Positions 11,202 to 24,443 of a DNA stretch of 32,000 bases are shown here, one piece after another. Where the stretch lies: the NCBI GenBank assembly GCA_963718915.1, contig CAVRAI010000009.1, positions 120,001 through 152,000 on the forward strand, written 5' to 3'. The notes under the pieces are model-generated. The model had not been told where the DNA came from and did not search any database. It was given only the letters and a program-made list of their open reading frames with translations. This stretch comes from an uncultured Chloroflexia bacterium. GTDB taxonomy: Bacteria > Chloroflexota > Ktedonobacteria > Ktedonobacterales > JADMIN01. The translations under genes and the position numbers were made by a program. The stretch's first letter is position 1. Each line of letters opens with the position of its first letter.

Positions 11202-12179
11202 ATGCTCAGTTCTCCGGCCCTGTTCCTCGTCCTGCTGGAGTTGACCGTCGGGTCGTTCGTCAGCCCTATTTTCTTGACGCACGCGGGGACACCAGCCGCG
11301 GCTTCGTCCTCTTTCAGGGCGGGCTCTACGTCTTCTTTGCCGTGCTGACCCTGCTGGCGATGAACGCCTTCGCCTCGCCGGCGATCGTCCATGGGCGCGG
11401 ACTCGATAGGCGTGGCTCGACGCGCAGGGGCCACTCATGGTCGCCTTCCCGCTGCTGATGATTCCCTGGAATGTGTTGCTCTGGCTCGACCGGCCGCCTC
11501 GCCCCGCGCGCAAGAAAGCCGCCCGCGAGACGACGCCAGCGCGGCCGACACGCGTGCGGCTGGTACGGTTCGCGGTCGGCGGGCTCACCGCGCTGGGGCG
11601 GGTCGCTCTTCGACGTCGGCATGGCGTATCGCATGCTGGCCGACAGTCGGCTGGATGGCGCGTTCGTCGTCGCGCGTTCCTGCTGGGCGCGCTGTCGCCC
11701 TGGGCGGCGTGATGACGGCGATGTTGCTCGGCCACTGGTACCTCAACACGCCCACCGCCTCGGGCAAGCCGCTGGAGTTCGTCACCATGCTGACGCTGGG
11801 CGCGCTGGTCCTCGAATTCTCTGCGCGCTGTTGATCGGCCCCAGCACCGCCCACTCGACGCTTAAGACGATCGCGGTCACGCCGGGCACCCAGATACTAC
11901 GGGCCAGAACGGCGTCGTCGTCACCACGCCGACCGTTGCGCCGGGGCAGACCGCGCCGACCAACACGCAGGCGCGCCAGGCGCCGCTGAGCACGGGCGCG
12001 ATGTTTGGGCTGCAATTCTCCTGGGCTTCCTCGCGCCGCTGGTGCTCGGTGGGGCCGCGCTCTGGCTGGCGCGCGGGCGCTCGTTCCAGTCGGCGACCGG
12101 CATGCTATACCTGTGCGTCTCGTTCATCTTCATCGGTGAGATTCTCGGGCGCGGCCTGCTGCTGATGCCCGTGTTCTAG
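11202..12179 (+). pseudogene. polytopic integral membrane protein of unknown function, frameshifted
   Basis: ATG 11202 follows an agaggtg RBS. Hydrophobic helices (MLSSPALFLVLLELTVGSFV, LYVFFAVLTLLAMNAF, VAFPLLMIPWNVLLWL, GGVMTAMLLGHWYLNTP, FVTMLTLGALVLEF, MLYLCVSFIFIGEILGRGLLLMPVF*) are distributed over three frames. Confidence 0.55.
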
Positions 12180-12233
12180 CGGGTGCGTCGGCTTCTATGA
12201 TGGCGCGGCGTCCTGGCAGAGAGGGGTCACTGA

Positions 12234-13663
12234 ATGCGGAGACAGGCGATACAACCCCAAGATCTTCGGCGCCTATGACGTGCGTGGCGTCTATCCCGAC
12301 GAGTTCAACGAGGACGCCGCCTACCGCATCGGCCGCGCCTTCGTGCAGTACCTCGGCGTCGAGACGGTCGCCGTCGGGCGCGATATGCGCCTCTCCTCGC
12401 CCGCGCTGGCGCGCGCCGTCATCCGCGGCATCACCGAGCAGGGCGCCGACGCGATCGACCTGGGCATGACGACCACCGACGAGCTCTACTTCGCCGTCGG
12501 CAAGTACGGCTATCCCGCCGGCGTCATGATCACCGCCTCGCACAACCCCGCGCAGTACAACGGCATCAAGATGTGCCGCGCGGAGGCCGTCGCCATCAGC
12601 TCCGAGACCGGCGGCGACGCGATCCGCGACTCGGCGCTCGGCGGGCAATTCGCCTACGCCCGCGCGCCAGGGCCAGGTCATCCAGCGCGACGTGACGGAC
12701 GACTATCGTCGAGCAATGCCTCTCCTTCATCGATGTCGCCAAGGTCAAGCCCGCTACAAGATCGCCGTGGACGCCGGCAACGGCATGGCGGGCATGATCA
12801 TGCCGCGCGTCTTCCAGCAGCTGCCCTGCGAGCTCGTCCCGCTCTACTTCGAGCTCGACGGCAGCTTCCCCAACCACCCGGCCAGCCCCATCGAGCCGGA
12901 GAACACCGCGGAGCTGCGCGCGTGTCGTCGCCGGAGCAGCACTGCGACATGGGCGTCGCCTTCGACGGCGACGCCGACCGCATGTTCCTGGTGGACGAGA
13001 AGGGCAATCTGCTCGGCGGCGACATGGTGACGGCGCTGGTGGCGCAGAGTCTGCTACGCAAGCATCCAGGCGCAACCATCCTCTACAACCTGATCTGCTC
13101 GCGCAGCGTACCAGAGGTGATCGAGCGCAACGGCGGCCGCGCGGTGCGCACGCGCGTGGGGCACTCGTTCATCAAGGCGCAGATGCGCGAGGAGAACGCG
13201 ATCTTCGGCGGCGAGCACTCCGGGCACTTCTACTTCCGCGACAACTGGTACGCGGACTCCGGCCTGATCGCCTTCCTGATCGTGCTGGAGCTGATCAGCG
13301 AGAGCGGCAAGACGGTCTCGGAGCTGGTGGAGCCGATCGACACAGCGCTTCCGCAGCGGCGAGATCAACAGCGAGGTCGCCGACCAGCAGGGGCGAGATC
13401 GCGGCCATCGAGGCGCACTACGCCGCCGAGGGCGCGCAGATCGACCACCTCGACGGCATCACGTCTCGTTCCCGACGTGGTGGGCCAACGTCCGCCCGTC
13501 CAACACCGAGCCGCTGCTGCGGCTGAACGTGGAGGCGGACACGCGCGAAGAGATGGAGCGCCGGCGCGACGAGGTGTTGGCGCTGATTCGCAGTGACGCG
13601 TGCCATCTGGCACTCGGCGCATCGATAACGCGCAAGTTGTCAGGCAACATGTACCCTGCCTGA
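12234..13663 (+). pseudogene. phosphomannomutase/phosphoglucomutase, multiply frameshifted
   Basis: NPKIFGAYDVRGVYP, the active-site loop MITASHNPAQYNGIK, KIAVDAGNGMAG, the metal loop GVAFDGDADR, GGEHSGHFYF and RPSNTEPLLRLNVEA appear in the canonical order. Reading them requires at least 6 frame changes (ORFs 12280..13596 and 12692..13030, plus a third frame). Confidence 0.85.
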
Positions 13664-13669
13664 AGGAGG
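13663..13669 (+). promoter_or_regulatory. Shine-Dalgarno site for pspA
   Basis: aaggagg lies 4 nt upstream of GTG 13674 and overlaps the PMM stop codon. Confidence 0.7.
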
Positions 13670-13673
13670 CACG

Positions 13674-14442
13674 GTGGGCGTGCTTTCGCGTTTCACCAAC
13701 TACATCAAGACCGTCATGAGCCCCTTCCTCGACCGCGCCGAAGACCCTGGCCAGACGCTCGACTACTCGTATGAGAAGCAGCTCGAGCAGTTGCAGAACC
13801 TGCGCCGCAGCATCGCCGACGTGGTGACGAACGAGAAGCGGCTGGAACTGCAAGAGGCGCAGATCAACGCGCAGATCGACAAGCTACGACGGTCAGGCGC
13901 GCCTGGCGCTCTCGACAGGGCGATGAAGACCTCGCGCGCCTGGCGCTGGAGCGCAAGCAAGGCTTCCAGGCGCAGATTCGCCACCTTCGACCAGCAGATC
14001 GAGCAACTCAAAGCGCAGCAGGAGAAGTTCGTCGAGATGCAGCAGCGCCTCACGACGCGCGTCGAGGCGTTCCGCACGCAGAAGGAGATGGTCAAGGCGC
14101 AGTACGGCGCGGCGCAGGCGCAGGTGAAGATTCAGGAGGCCGCGACTGGCATCTCCGAGGAGATGCCGGACGTCAACCTCGCCGTCCAGCGCGCGCAGGA
14201 CAAGGTGCTTGCAGATGCAGGCGCGCGCCAACGCGCTGGACGAGCTGACCGAGTCCGGCACGCTGCCGGAGATTGGCCCGGCGCGGCGATCCGCTCGACC
14301 GCCAGCTTCAGCCGTCTCGAACCAGTCCGAGGTCGATCGGCAGCTTGCCGCGCTGAAGGCGCAGATGCAGCTGCCAGCGGGCCAGCAGGAACAGCAGGAT
14401 CAGGCCCAGCTTCCACCGCCGCCGATGCAGACCAACGATTAA
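13674..14442 (+). pseudogene. pspA: PspA/IM30 (phage shock protein A) family protein, frameshifted
   Basis: The N-terminus GVLSRFTNYIKTVMSPFLDRAEDPGQTLDYSYEKQLEQLQNLRRSIADVVTNEKRLE is typical PspA/IM30 coiled coil. The frame is lost near 13890, regained for FDQQIEQLKAQQEKFVEMQQRL...AQDKVL, and the C-terminus is in ORF 14209..14442. Confidence 0.85.
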
Positions 14443-14447
14443 GGAGG
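14441..14447 (+). promoter_or_regulatory. Shine-Dalgarno site for pspAA
   Basis: aaggagg lies 7 nt upstream of GTG 14455 and overlaps the pspA stop (translational coupling). Confidence 0.7.
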
Positions 14448-14454
14448 CCATCCC

Positions 14455-14763
14455 GTGATCGCACGCATCATGACGGAGAACCAGTATCGCCTCACCGATG
14501 AGGACGCCGCTGCGCTGGACCGGATGGACGATCCGTTGCACGAGGCCATCAAGAGCGGCGATGAGGAGACCTTCGCGGCGGAACTGGAGAAGGTGGTCGC
14601 CTTCGTGCGCGAGAAGGGCACGGTGATTCCGGTGGAGGAGGTTGTCCCCTCGGACGTGATTATTCCCGCGCCGGATATGACGGTCGCCGAGGCGCGGCAG
14701 TATCTGCAGAAGGGCGATGAGGCGGTCGCCGCCGAATCCGCATCGAGCGACTCCGGCGAGTAG
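14455..14763 (+). CDS. PspA-associated protein, PspAA-like
   Basis: Intact 102-aa acidic ORF directly after pspA. MIARIMTENQYRLTDEDAAALD...SDVIIPAPDMTVAEARQYL resembles the MIVRIMGEGQ...PSDLILPPxDxTLEE pattern I recall for PspAA proteins of Actinomycetota and Chloroflexota. Family assignment is from memory. Confidence 0.7.
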   Translation: MIARIMTENQYRLTDEDAAALDRMDDPLHEAIKSGDEETFAAELEKVVAFVREKGTVIPVEEVVPSDVIIPAPDMTVAEARQYLQKGDEAVAAESASSDSGE

Positions 14764-14775
14764 CCCGCACATACA

Positions 14776-14814
14776 CAAAGCATCCCCCACCATAGTCGGT
14801 GAGGGGATGCTTTG
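14776..14814 (+). terminator. stem-loop terminator after pspAA
   Basis: caaagcatcccc ... ggggatgctttg forms a 12-bp stem with further inner pairing, followed by ttgg..cctttt. It starts 13 nt after the stop codon. Confidence 0.65.
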
Positions 14815-14827
14815 TTGGCTGGCGAAC

Positions 14828-15072
<245 letters not shown>

Positions 15073-15079
15073 CCAACCT

Positions 15080-15126
15080 CACCTCAGGGCGCCCCCTCTC
15101 CTCATAGGAGAGGGGCGCCTGAGGTG
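15080..15126. terminator. long GC-rich stem-loop, terminator of the DinB gene (possibly bidirectional)
   Basis: cacctcagggcgccccctctcc-tcat-aggagaggggcgcctgaggtg forms a roughly 20-bp stem with two bulges, 20 nt beyond the DinB stop. Confidence 0.65.
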
Positions 15127-15145
15127 TCTCAACGTATTGACGCCG

Positions 15146-15671
15146 CTAATTACCCCAGATAGCAGGCAGGTGATGGCTGCCCATGCCGACGGCAAGCTCG
15201 CCGCCGTGGTGGAAGTCGTGGCGGAGCACGTGCATGATGATCCACTGGCGCGTGCTGGGGCCAAAGATGTCGCGCTCCCGCTCCGTCAAGGCGTCGGGTT
15301 GCTTGAAGACATACTCGAGGTCTGCGGTGGTCCAGCGGGAAAGGGGTCTTCTCGATCATGCCCCACGTGGCCTCCAGTCCGGCGACCAGTTCGTCGGCGG
15401 AATGCACTGCCTTGCCCTCTTCCTCTTCCTCCCAGTGCATGTAGGCGGCTACCTCGGGATTTCCCTCGCCCATCCACAGATCGAACCACCAGATCCGGTC
15501 ATTGAGGATGTGCTGGACGAGCATCCCAATCGGCCAGTGTGTGGACGCGACCGGCAGGGCTAACTGCTCAGGCGTCAGCGGCGCGACGACGTTGACCAGG
15601 TCGCGCTGAAAGCTATCCCAACCTTTGTAGACTTGACTGAGCGAGAGCGACTGTTCCGTCACGTGTATCAT
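15146..15671 (-). pseudogene. DinB-family (four-helix-bundle metalloprotein) protein, one frameshift
   Basis: The N-terminal 110 aa are in ORF 15150..15671. After about 15345 the true frame reads LSRWTTADLEYVFKQPDALTERERDIFGPSTRQWIIMHVLRHDFHHGGELAVGMGSHHLPAIWGN* (DinB His motif), with its stop at 15146-15148. Confidence 0.75.
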
Positions 15672-15766
15672 CCCCTTTGCTTATCACTCGACGCCATTAC
15701 TCACGGCGGCTTGCCTAGTATGGCATGAAGAAGGCGAGCAAAGCTTCTTCTATCTTGCGCTTTCTC

Positions 15767-18935
<3,169 letters not shown>

Positions 18936-18953
18936 TTAATCTCATATTTCTCA

Positions 18954-19694
18954 CTACTGCTTGCCAATGCTATAGAAATCGTAGAATGGCTGGATAGGGG
19001 CCTCCGTGAGGAGCGATTGATACGGGAAACAGTCGGCATATGCCTCAGCATCCTGAAGTTTGGCAAGGTATGCCAGGAAGCGCGCCGTAACCTCCTCATT
19101 CATACGATTTCCATGCCGCAGGAACTGCCCCCATAGCCCTCGTGCGATAAGGTGGGGACGATCAACACGGGCTGAGTCGCCGAATTGTGGCGGGAACAAT
19201 CGTCGGTACTCTTCGCGGTTATATAGCCATGTTCCCCCGTGAACGCGCTTAGCATCGGGATGCGCCTGACGGATATGCGCAAACATCTCGCGTAGCTCGG
19301 CTAGCCGCGCATCTTTGCGCTGGGAACTCAGTGGGCCAGCGCCGCTGGTGTCGAGATTCGCAAAGTGGAGACGCACAACCCGCGCATCAGAGTCATATTC
19401 ATACGAGAAGCAGCCCCAGTGTGGTCGGCTAGTGTCGTAGTCAGGGATGAGGCCCTGTGCGTGTCGCTCGCTGTATACGCGATAGGCCGCCGCAAAATCT
19501 GCGCCGTCGTCTCCCAGCACGGCGATGAATTGTTGCCAGACAGGATGCTGTGGGTCCAGGCTCCAATCCAGCCCCAAAATGCGATAGAGGGCCGTGTTAT
19601 GCAGGACAGCCTCCTCAAACGGCCTAGTGGTTAGCTCACCCATGCGACGAGCAAAGATGACCTGAATCTCCAAAAAGGCCGGCGGATAAGGCAT
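18954..19694 (-). CDS. conserved hypothetical protein (246 aa)
   Basis: Intact ORF with coding-like composition and no overlapping alternative. Segments such as HWGCFSYEYD...VRLHFAN and HGGTWLYNREEYRRLFPPQF look like a conserved soluble domain that I cannot name with confidence. Confidence 0.8.
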   Translation of the reverse strand: MPYPPAFLEIQVIFARRMGELTTRPFEEAVLHNTALYRILGLDWSLDPQHPVWQQFIAVLGDDGADFAAAYRVYSERHAQGLIPDYDTSRPHWGCFSYEYDSDARVVRLHFANLDTSGAGPLSSQRKDARLAELREMFAHIRQAHPDAKRVHGGTWLYNREEYRRLFPPQFGDSARVDRPHLIARGLWGQFLRHGNRMNEEVTARFLAYLAKLQDAEAYADCFPYQSLLTEAPIQPFYDFYSIGKQ

Positions 19695-19784
19695 TTGGTT
19701 TGATCTCCAGGATGTGGGACGTCACTCCCTCACGGTGATTCCGTCTCTCTTCATGTGGTCTGCGATGAGAGGAGTGGCTGATTC

Positions 19785-20216
19785 ATGTCGCGACGACGAA
19801 GAATACCACGGCGGCTTGTAGTTGCGCTGGCGGCGCTGCTGATCGTGGCGGCGGGCGTCTGGGTCGCGTTTCAGCCGCGCGTGGCGAATCACTTCAGCTA
19901 CGCGCTGCCCGGCAGGGATGGGCTGCCGACCTACATCTACGCGCATGGGCGGCGCTACCACTCGCTTCAGGTCTGCGCTGAGGACGACTGGTGCGAGCGG
20001 GCTCGGTTGCAGCAGCTTATACCGCGCTGCTACACGCAGGCCAACTTGCAGACGATGCATATGTGGCCGCTAGTGCGGGTCAGCGCGATGCTCACGCTGT
20101 TTGGCGAGCCGCAGCCGATACTGTCACCTCAGGGTGAGAGTGGCGTGATGCAATCGTTCGTAATAGCCGACGGCCCGGACTGCTATGTCACCTATGGACT
20201 GGAAGGCGGGCCGTAA
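19785..20216 (+). CDS. hypothetical membrane-anchored or secreted protein (143 aa)
   Basis: Intact ORF. The N-terminus MSRRRRIPRRLVVALAALLIVAAGVWVAF is a signal-anchor-type segment. It is divergent from the 18954..19694 gene. Confidence 0.7.
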   Translation: MSRRRRIPRRLVVALAALLIVAAGVWVAFQPRVANHFSYALPGRDGLPTYIYAHGRRYHSLQVCAEDDWCERARLQQLIPRCYTQANLQTMHMWPLVRVSAMLTLFGEPQPILSPQGESGVMQSFVIADGPDCYVTYGLEGGP

Positions 20217-20234
20217 TCTGAGGCTTCTGGCGGT

Positions 20235-20819
20235 TTAGATCGGCACTTCCCAGACGGGGAACCAGCGCTCCAGCTCCGGCTCGACGGGCAGCTCTTTGCC
20301 GATGGCGGCGCTTAGCCGCATCTCCTCGGCGTTGTCGCGGCGGCGTTGCGAATCGTTGATATCGGTCTCGGGGACGAATGGGTAGAAGTAGCCACGCTTG
20401 TAGTTGTACATCCAGTAGACTTCGTGGCCCTTCTCATCCTTGAAGGCGAACATCGCGAACATCAGCATGCTGCCGTAGCCCTTCGAGAGCAGCGTCTCGC
20501 TGGCGACATGCAATGTGGTGACGAGCGCCTGGAAGTCCTTGCCACTGAAAATGAACCAGCGATAGTTGAACTTATCCTCGAAGGGCTTGACGCTCAGTTG
20601 ATCGTCGCGGCTCGTCAGCTCGAGCAGTTGCTCCAGCTCCTGCTGGATATCCTTGAACGGGCCAGATGCGACACCCTTGAAGCAGATCGCCGCGTTGCCG
20701 GTTGGCGTCAGATGCTGCTCGGTTTCGAGCGCCAGTTGCGCCGTGGACATGGCGAAGAGCCGCTCCGGGCCAACCGGAACCGGCTTTTGGCGACCGAACA
20801 GTGTGTCGAAGAAGCCCAT
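20235..20819 (-). CDS. PspAB-like PspA-associated protein (194 aa)
   Basis: Intact ORF with a gaggaag RBS. MGFFDTLFGRQKPVPV...LFAMSTAQLALE at the start, and YKRGYFYPFVP...RRRDNAEEMRL...PELERWFPVWEVP at the end, match the pattern I recall for PspAB proteins. Family assignment is from memory. Confidence 0.65.
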   Translation of the reverse strand: MGFFDTLFGRQKPVPVGPERLFAMSTAQLALETEQHLTPTGNAAICFKGVASGPFKDIQQELEQLLELTSRDDQLSVKPFEDKFNYRWFIFSGKDFQALVTTLHVASETLLSKGYGSMLMFAMFAFKDEKGHEVYWMYNYKRGYFYPFVPETDINDSQRRRDNAEEMRLSAAIGKELPVEPELERWFPVWEVPI

Positions 20820-20896
20820 CCATTCTTCCTCTCAATGGCATGCCCGGCCATGAACGGTGTTTTAGTGGTTAATCAGGTAATCGATGCGCTAGCGGC

Positions 20897-20953
20897 TGGC
20901 GGCTGAAGCCGCGCCTATGGGCCTGTGGCCGCAAAGCCCGCCTACGCGGGCTC
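20897..20953. repeat. dispersed intergenic repeat, copy 2
   Basis: ctggcggctgaagccgcgcctatgggcctgtggccgcaaagcccgcctacgcgggctc. It has two short hairpins (gcggct/agccgc and gcccgc/gcgggc) and lies in the htpX to PspAB-like spacer. Confidence 0.8.
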
Positions 20954-21027
20954 ACCAGATGCAGGCGCAGGTACACCGCACCGATTCGCTGAACAACAGG
21001 TTATACACCATCAAGGCCGGGATCGCA

Positions 21028-21990
21028 TTACAGGTTGCGCGCGCTTTCCATCTGCTGCTGCATCTCCTGCAACTGCGCCAGCCGCTTCTCCAGCGAGGGG
21101 TGCGTCGAGAAGAGCGTCGCCAGCGAATCACCCTTGAGCGCGGGCACGATGAACAGCGCATTGACCGCTGTCGCCTGCCGGAAGTCTTTCGCCGGGATAC
21201 GGCTACCTTCGATAGTGCCGCTAATGCGCATGAGCGCCGAGGCCAGATGCTCTGGCGCGCCGGTAATCAGCGCCGAGCCACGGTCGGCCGCCAGTTCGCG
21301 ATAGCGCGAGAGCGCGCGAATCAGGATGAAGCTGATGACATACGTGACGACCGACGCCAGAATCGCGATCAGCACAATCATGCCGCTGTTGTCGTTGTTG
21401 CCACCGCCACGTCGCCCATAGCCACCGCCCATGCCGCCAAACATCGCGGACCACATGAAGCTGCGCACCAGTAGCGCGGCGATCATCGAGAAGAACGTCG
21501 CAATCGTCATCACCAGCATGTCGCGGTTGATGATGTGCGTCAACTCGTGCGCAATCACCGCCTCGATCTCTGGCTGTGATAGCCCACTGCCCTGCGTGAG
21601 GCCGGTCGTGATGGCAACCACAGCATGATTGGCGTCGCGTCCCGTGGCGAAGGCGTTCGGAATCGATGTCTCGACGATAGCAATCTTCGGCTTGGGTAGA
21701 TTGGCCTGCGCCGCCAGCCGACCGATCATATCATGAAGCTGTGGCGCCTGCTGTTCATCGACAATTTGCGCCTTCATCGAAGAAAGCGCGATCTTATCGG
21801 AGAAGAACAGCTGGAAGCCAGCAATCAATAGCGCGCCGATAATAAGCAGCGGCCAGGGTATGTGAACCACAAATCCCAGGACACCGACGAAGGCGACGTA
21901 AACCAAACCCAGCAGAAACATGGTCAGCACCATGCGTGCCGCTAACCCGGCGTCTGGCTTATACCAGCGTGGTTTTCCCTGCGTTGCCAT
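21028..21990 (-). CDS. htpX: zinc metalloprotease HtpX (peptidase M48 family)
   Basis: Intact 320-aa ORF. It has two N-terminal TM helices, the HExxH motif in AVIAHELTHIINRD, two further TM helices with a Gly-rich linker, and a C-terminal STHPSLEKRL. Confidence 0.9.
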   Translation of the reverse strand: MATQGKPRWYKPDAGLAARMVLTMFLLGLVYVAFVGVLGFVVHIPWPLLIIGALLIAGFQLFFSDKIALSSMKAQIVDEQQAPQLHDMIGRLAAQANLPKPKIAIVETSIPNAFATGRDANHAVVAITTGLTQGSGLSQPEIEAVIAHELTHIINRDMLVMTIATFFSMIAALLVRSFMWSAMFGGMGGGYGRRGGGNNDNSGMIVLIAILASVVTYVISFILIRALSRYRELAADRGSALITGAPEHLASALMRISGTIEGSRIPAKDFRQATAVNALFIVPALKGDSLATLFSTHPSLEKRLAQLQEMQQQMESARNL

Positions 21991-22275
21991 GTGTCATAGC
22001 TCCTCAGCGACTCATGCCTCCAAGGCGCACTCGCTGTATGTGTTCGTAAACGGAATCCCGTGTGGGCCAGCAATCAGCCTGCAACCCTGTTCCCTTGCTG
22101 GCGACACACACTCATCAGGTATACGCTTCAGTCCGGTTACGAGTAGCATAGCGCATCGTTCCCGCGCAGTCCAGAAGCGAGAGATGAGAATATTCACATC
22201 CAGCCCTCAGGAAGCGCTGGCACAGAGCACAACGAAAAAGCCACCGGAGGTTGATGCTCCCGGTGGCTTTGCGCG

Positions 22276-22629
22276 CTAATCTTTGTTCTGGCGCTCTTTC
22301 TCTTTTTCTTTCAGCGCTTTGTAATACTGGCGCGACCGTGGATGGTGCTCGTTATCTTCGTAGGCTGGGCGCACGTCCTCGTCGCTGGCTTTGTGGCCCT
22401 CCAGGCCGTCGATGATTTCTTGCAGGTCGTTATAGATGGCGTAATTATCAATGGCGTCGCGCTGGCGCAGGAGGTGGCGCAGCATCATCATCTGGGAGAA
22501 TGAGGTCGAACTGTTCCGCTCGGATTCGGCGCGTTTGATGAATTTATCGACCAGGTCAATCGAGTCTTCATTTGCGCCATTCTGCTCGAGTTGCTCGCGA
22601 ATGGCCTCTAGCTGCTCGTATGCATTCAT
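22276..22629 (-). CDS. hypothetical small charged helical protein (117 aa from Met58 of the ORF)
   Basis: ORF 22276..22800. The region upstream of ATG 22629 looks non-coding. MNAYEQLEAIREQLEQ... ends in a Lys/Glu-rich tail. G+C is noticeably lower than in neighbouring genes. Confidence 0.6.
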   Translation of the reverse strand: MNAYEQLEAIREQLEQNGANEDSIDLVDKFIKRAESERNSSTSFSQMMMLRHLLRQRDAIDNYAIYNDLQEIIDGLEGHKASDEDVRPAYEDNEHHPRSRQYYKALKEKEKERQNKD

Positions 22630-22818
22630 CGCTTCCCCGCTCCCTTCAGGCGTACTCTCGTGTGTCTGGCACGGAATGCGCGATGGGCATTCCAGCAAGT
22701 CATTATATCGCATGGATAACCACAGTGTCATATTGCCGTGCCATCGTCGTGCCGAAGCCCTGCCATTGCGGGCATGATATGCTCTCTCTAGCACCGGCAA
22801 AAGGGGTCGGCGGGATTA

Positions 22819-23180
22819 TGTTGCCCGAAGAAGAGGATAGGAGGCGTCAGGTGTTCTATCGCCGCGAACGTCCGGCGTCGCTCGCCGTGACGGTGATCCT
22901 CCTGGTGCTCTGGCTGCTGCTGGCAGTCTACCTCATCACCCATCCCGATTTGATCAGTATCATCGTGCTGGTGGTCACCGCGCTCGCCGCCGGGTTCGCC
23001 GTCTTCGTCTCGTTTGTCGTGCGCCGGGCGGAGAGCGAGCAACCAGACGACCTCACCTACATGCCATCCAGAGATATGGCCAATGGCCACCACCGCGGAA
23101 TCCCAATGACTGACGACGCCACCAACACCGATGCGAACACGATGCTGCGGGAGATTCCAGACGAGGGAGGCGAGAACTAA
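22819..23180 (+). CDS. hypothetical small membrane protein (two TM helices)
   Basis: The internal ATG of ORF 22572..23180 gives MLPEEEDRRRQVFYRRERPASLAVTVILLVLWLLLAVYLITHPDLISIIVLVVTALAAGFAVFVSFVV. Its stop overlaps the next start (TAATG). Confidence 0.6.
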
Positions 23181-24370
23181 TGAGCGATGTCGCGCCGCGC
23201 ATGTATGGAACCGAGCGCCAGATGCAGATTTATCTGGCGGGCATGCAAGGACAACGCCCGACGACGCCGATGACCTATGAACAGCTCGAGGAGCAGGCGC
23301 GTCAGCGGCTGAGTCCCGAGGCGTATGGCTACGTGGCGGGCGGCGCGGGCGGCGAGGAGACGATGCGCGCCAATCGTGCGGCGTTCGAGCGCTGGCAGAT
23401 TGTGCCGCGTATGCTGCGCGACGTCAGCCAGCGCGATCTGCGGGTGCAGGTGCTGGGAGCGTCGATGCCCGCGCCGGTGATGCTTGCGCCGATTGGGGTG
23501 CAGTCTATCGTCCATCCCGAGGCGGAGGTGGCGGTGGCGCGGGCAGCGGCCTCGATTAGCATGCCGTTCATCCTCAGCACGGCATCCTCGAAGACGATGG
23601 AAGAGGTGGCCCAGGCGGCAGATGCGGCGGGCAAGGCGCCGCGCTGGTACCAGCTCTACTGGGGGCGCGATCCCGAGTTGACGGCGAGCTTTCTCAGCCG
23701 CGCGGAAAAGGCGGGCTACAGCGCCATCGTCGTGACGCTCGATACCTCGATTCTGAGTTGGCGCGAGCGCGATATCTCACTGGCCTATCTGCCCTTCTTG
23801 CTGGGTGAGGGCATCGCCAACTATCTGAGCGATCCGGTCTTCCGCGCCTCGCTGCCACAGCCGCCAGAGGAGAATCCACAGGCGGCGGTGATGCGCTTCG
23901 TCCAGGTATTTTCCAACCCGACACTGACCTGGGACGACCTGAAGTTTCTACGTGAGCATACCAGCCTGCCGCTGCTGCTCAAGGGCATCCTGCATCCTGA
24001 GGACGCGAACCGGGCGCTGGACGCGGGCGCGGCGGGCATTATCGTCTCGAATCACGGCGGACGCCAGGTGGATGGCGCGATTCCCGCGCTCGACGCGCTG
24101 CCGGGCGTGGTCGCGGCGGTGCGGGGGCGCGCGCCGGTGCTCTTCGATAGCGGCATTCGGCGGGGAGCGGATATCTTCCGGGCGGTGGCGCTGGGAGCGC
24201 AGGCGACGCTGCTGGGGCGTCCCTACATGTGGGGGCTGACGCTCGACGGCGAGGCAGGCGTGCGCGATGTTATGCTCAATACGCTAGCCGACCTCGATCT
24301 GACGCTGGCGCTCAGCGGCTACACCTCCTGCGCGCAACTGACGCCAGAGGCGCTGCGGCGGGCGGAGTGA
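23180..24370 (+). CDS. FMN-dependent alpha-hydroxy-acid oxidase/dehydrogenase (lactate 2-monooxygenase-like)
   Basis: Intact 396-aa ORF with a gagggagg RBS. YVAGGAGGEETMRANRAAFERWQIVPRML, WYQLYW, LKGILHPEDA, IIVSNHGGRQVDG and DSGIRRGADIFRAVALGA follow the TIM-barrel FMN hydroxyacid oxidase pattern. Confidence 0.88.
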   Translation: MSDVAPRMYGTERQMQIYLAGMQGQRPTTPMTYEQLEEQARQRLSPEAYGYVAGGAGGEETMRANRAAFERWQIVPRMLRDVSQRDLRVQVLGASMPAPVMLAPIGVQSIVHPEAEVAVARAAASISMPFILSTASSKTMEEVAQAADAAGKAPRWYQLYWGRDPELTASFLSRAEKAGYSAIVVTLDTSILSWRERDISLAYLPFLLGEGIANYLSDPVFRASLPQPPEENPQAAVMRFVQVFSNPTLTWDDLKFLREHTSLPLLLKGILHPEDANRALDAGAAGIIVSNHGGRQVDGAIPALDALPGVVAAVRGRAPVLFDSGIRRGADIFRAVALGAQATLLGRPYMWGLTLDGEAGVRDVMLNTLADLDLTLALSGYTSCAQLTPEALRRAE

Positions 24371-24400
24371 CGCAGCGTCACCCCGGCCCTCTCCCCCTAA

Positions 24401-24422
24401 CCCCTCCCCTAAAAGGGAGGGG
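24401..24422. terminator. GC-rich stem-loop between convergent genes
   Basis: cccctccc-ctaaaa-gggagggg, embedded in a C-rich leader (ccccggccctctccccctaa). Confidence 0.5.
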
Positions 24423-24443
24423 GGCCAGAGCGTCAGAAACACT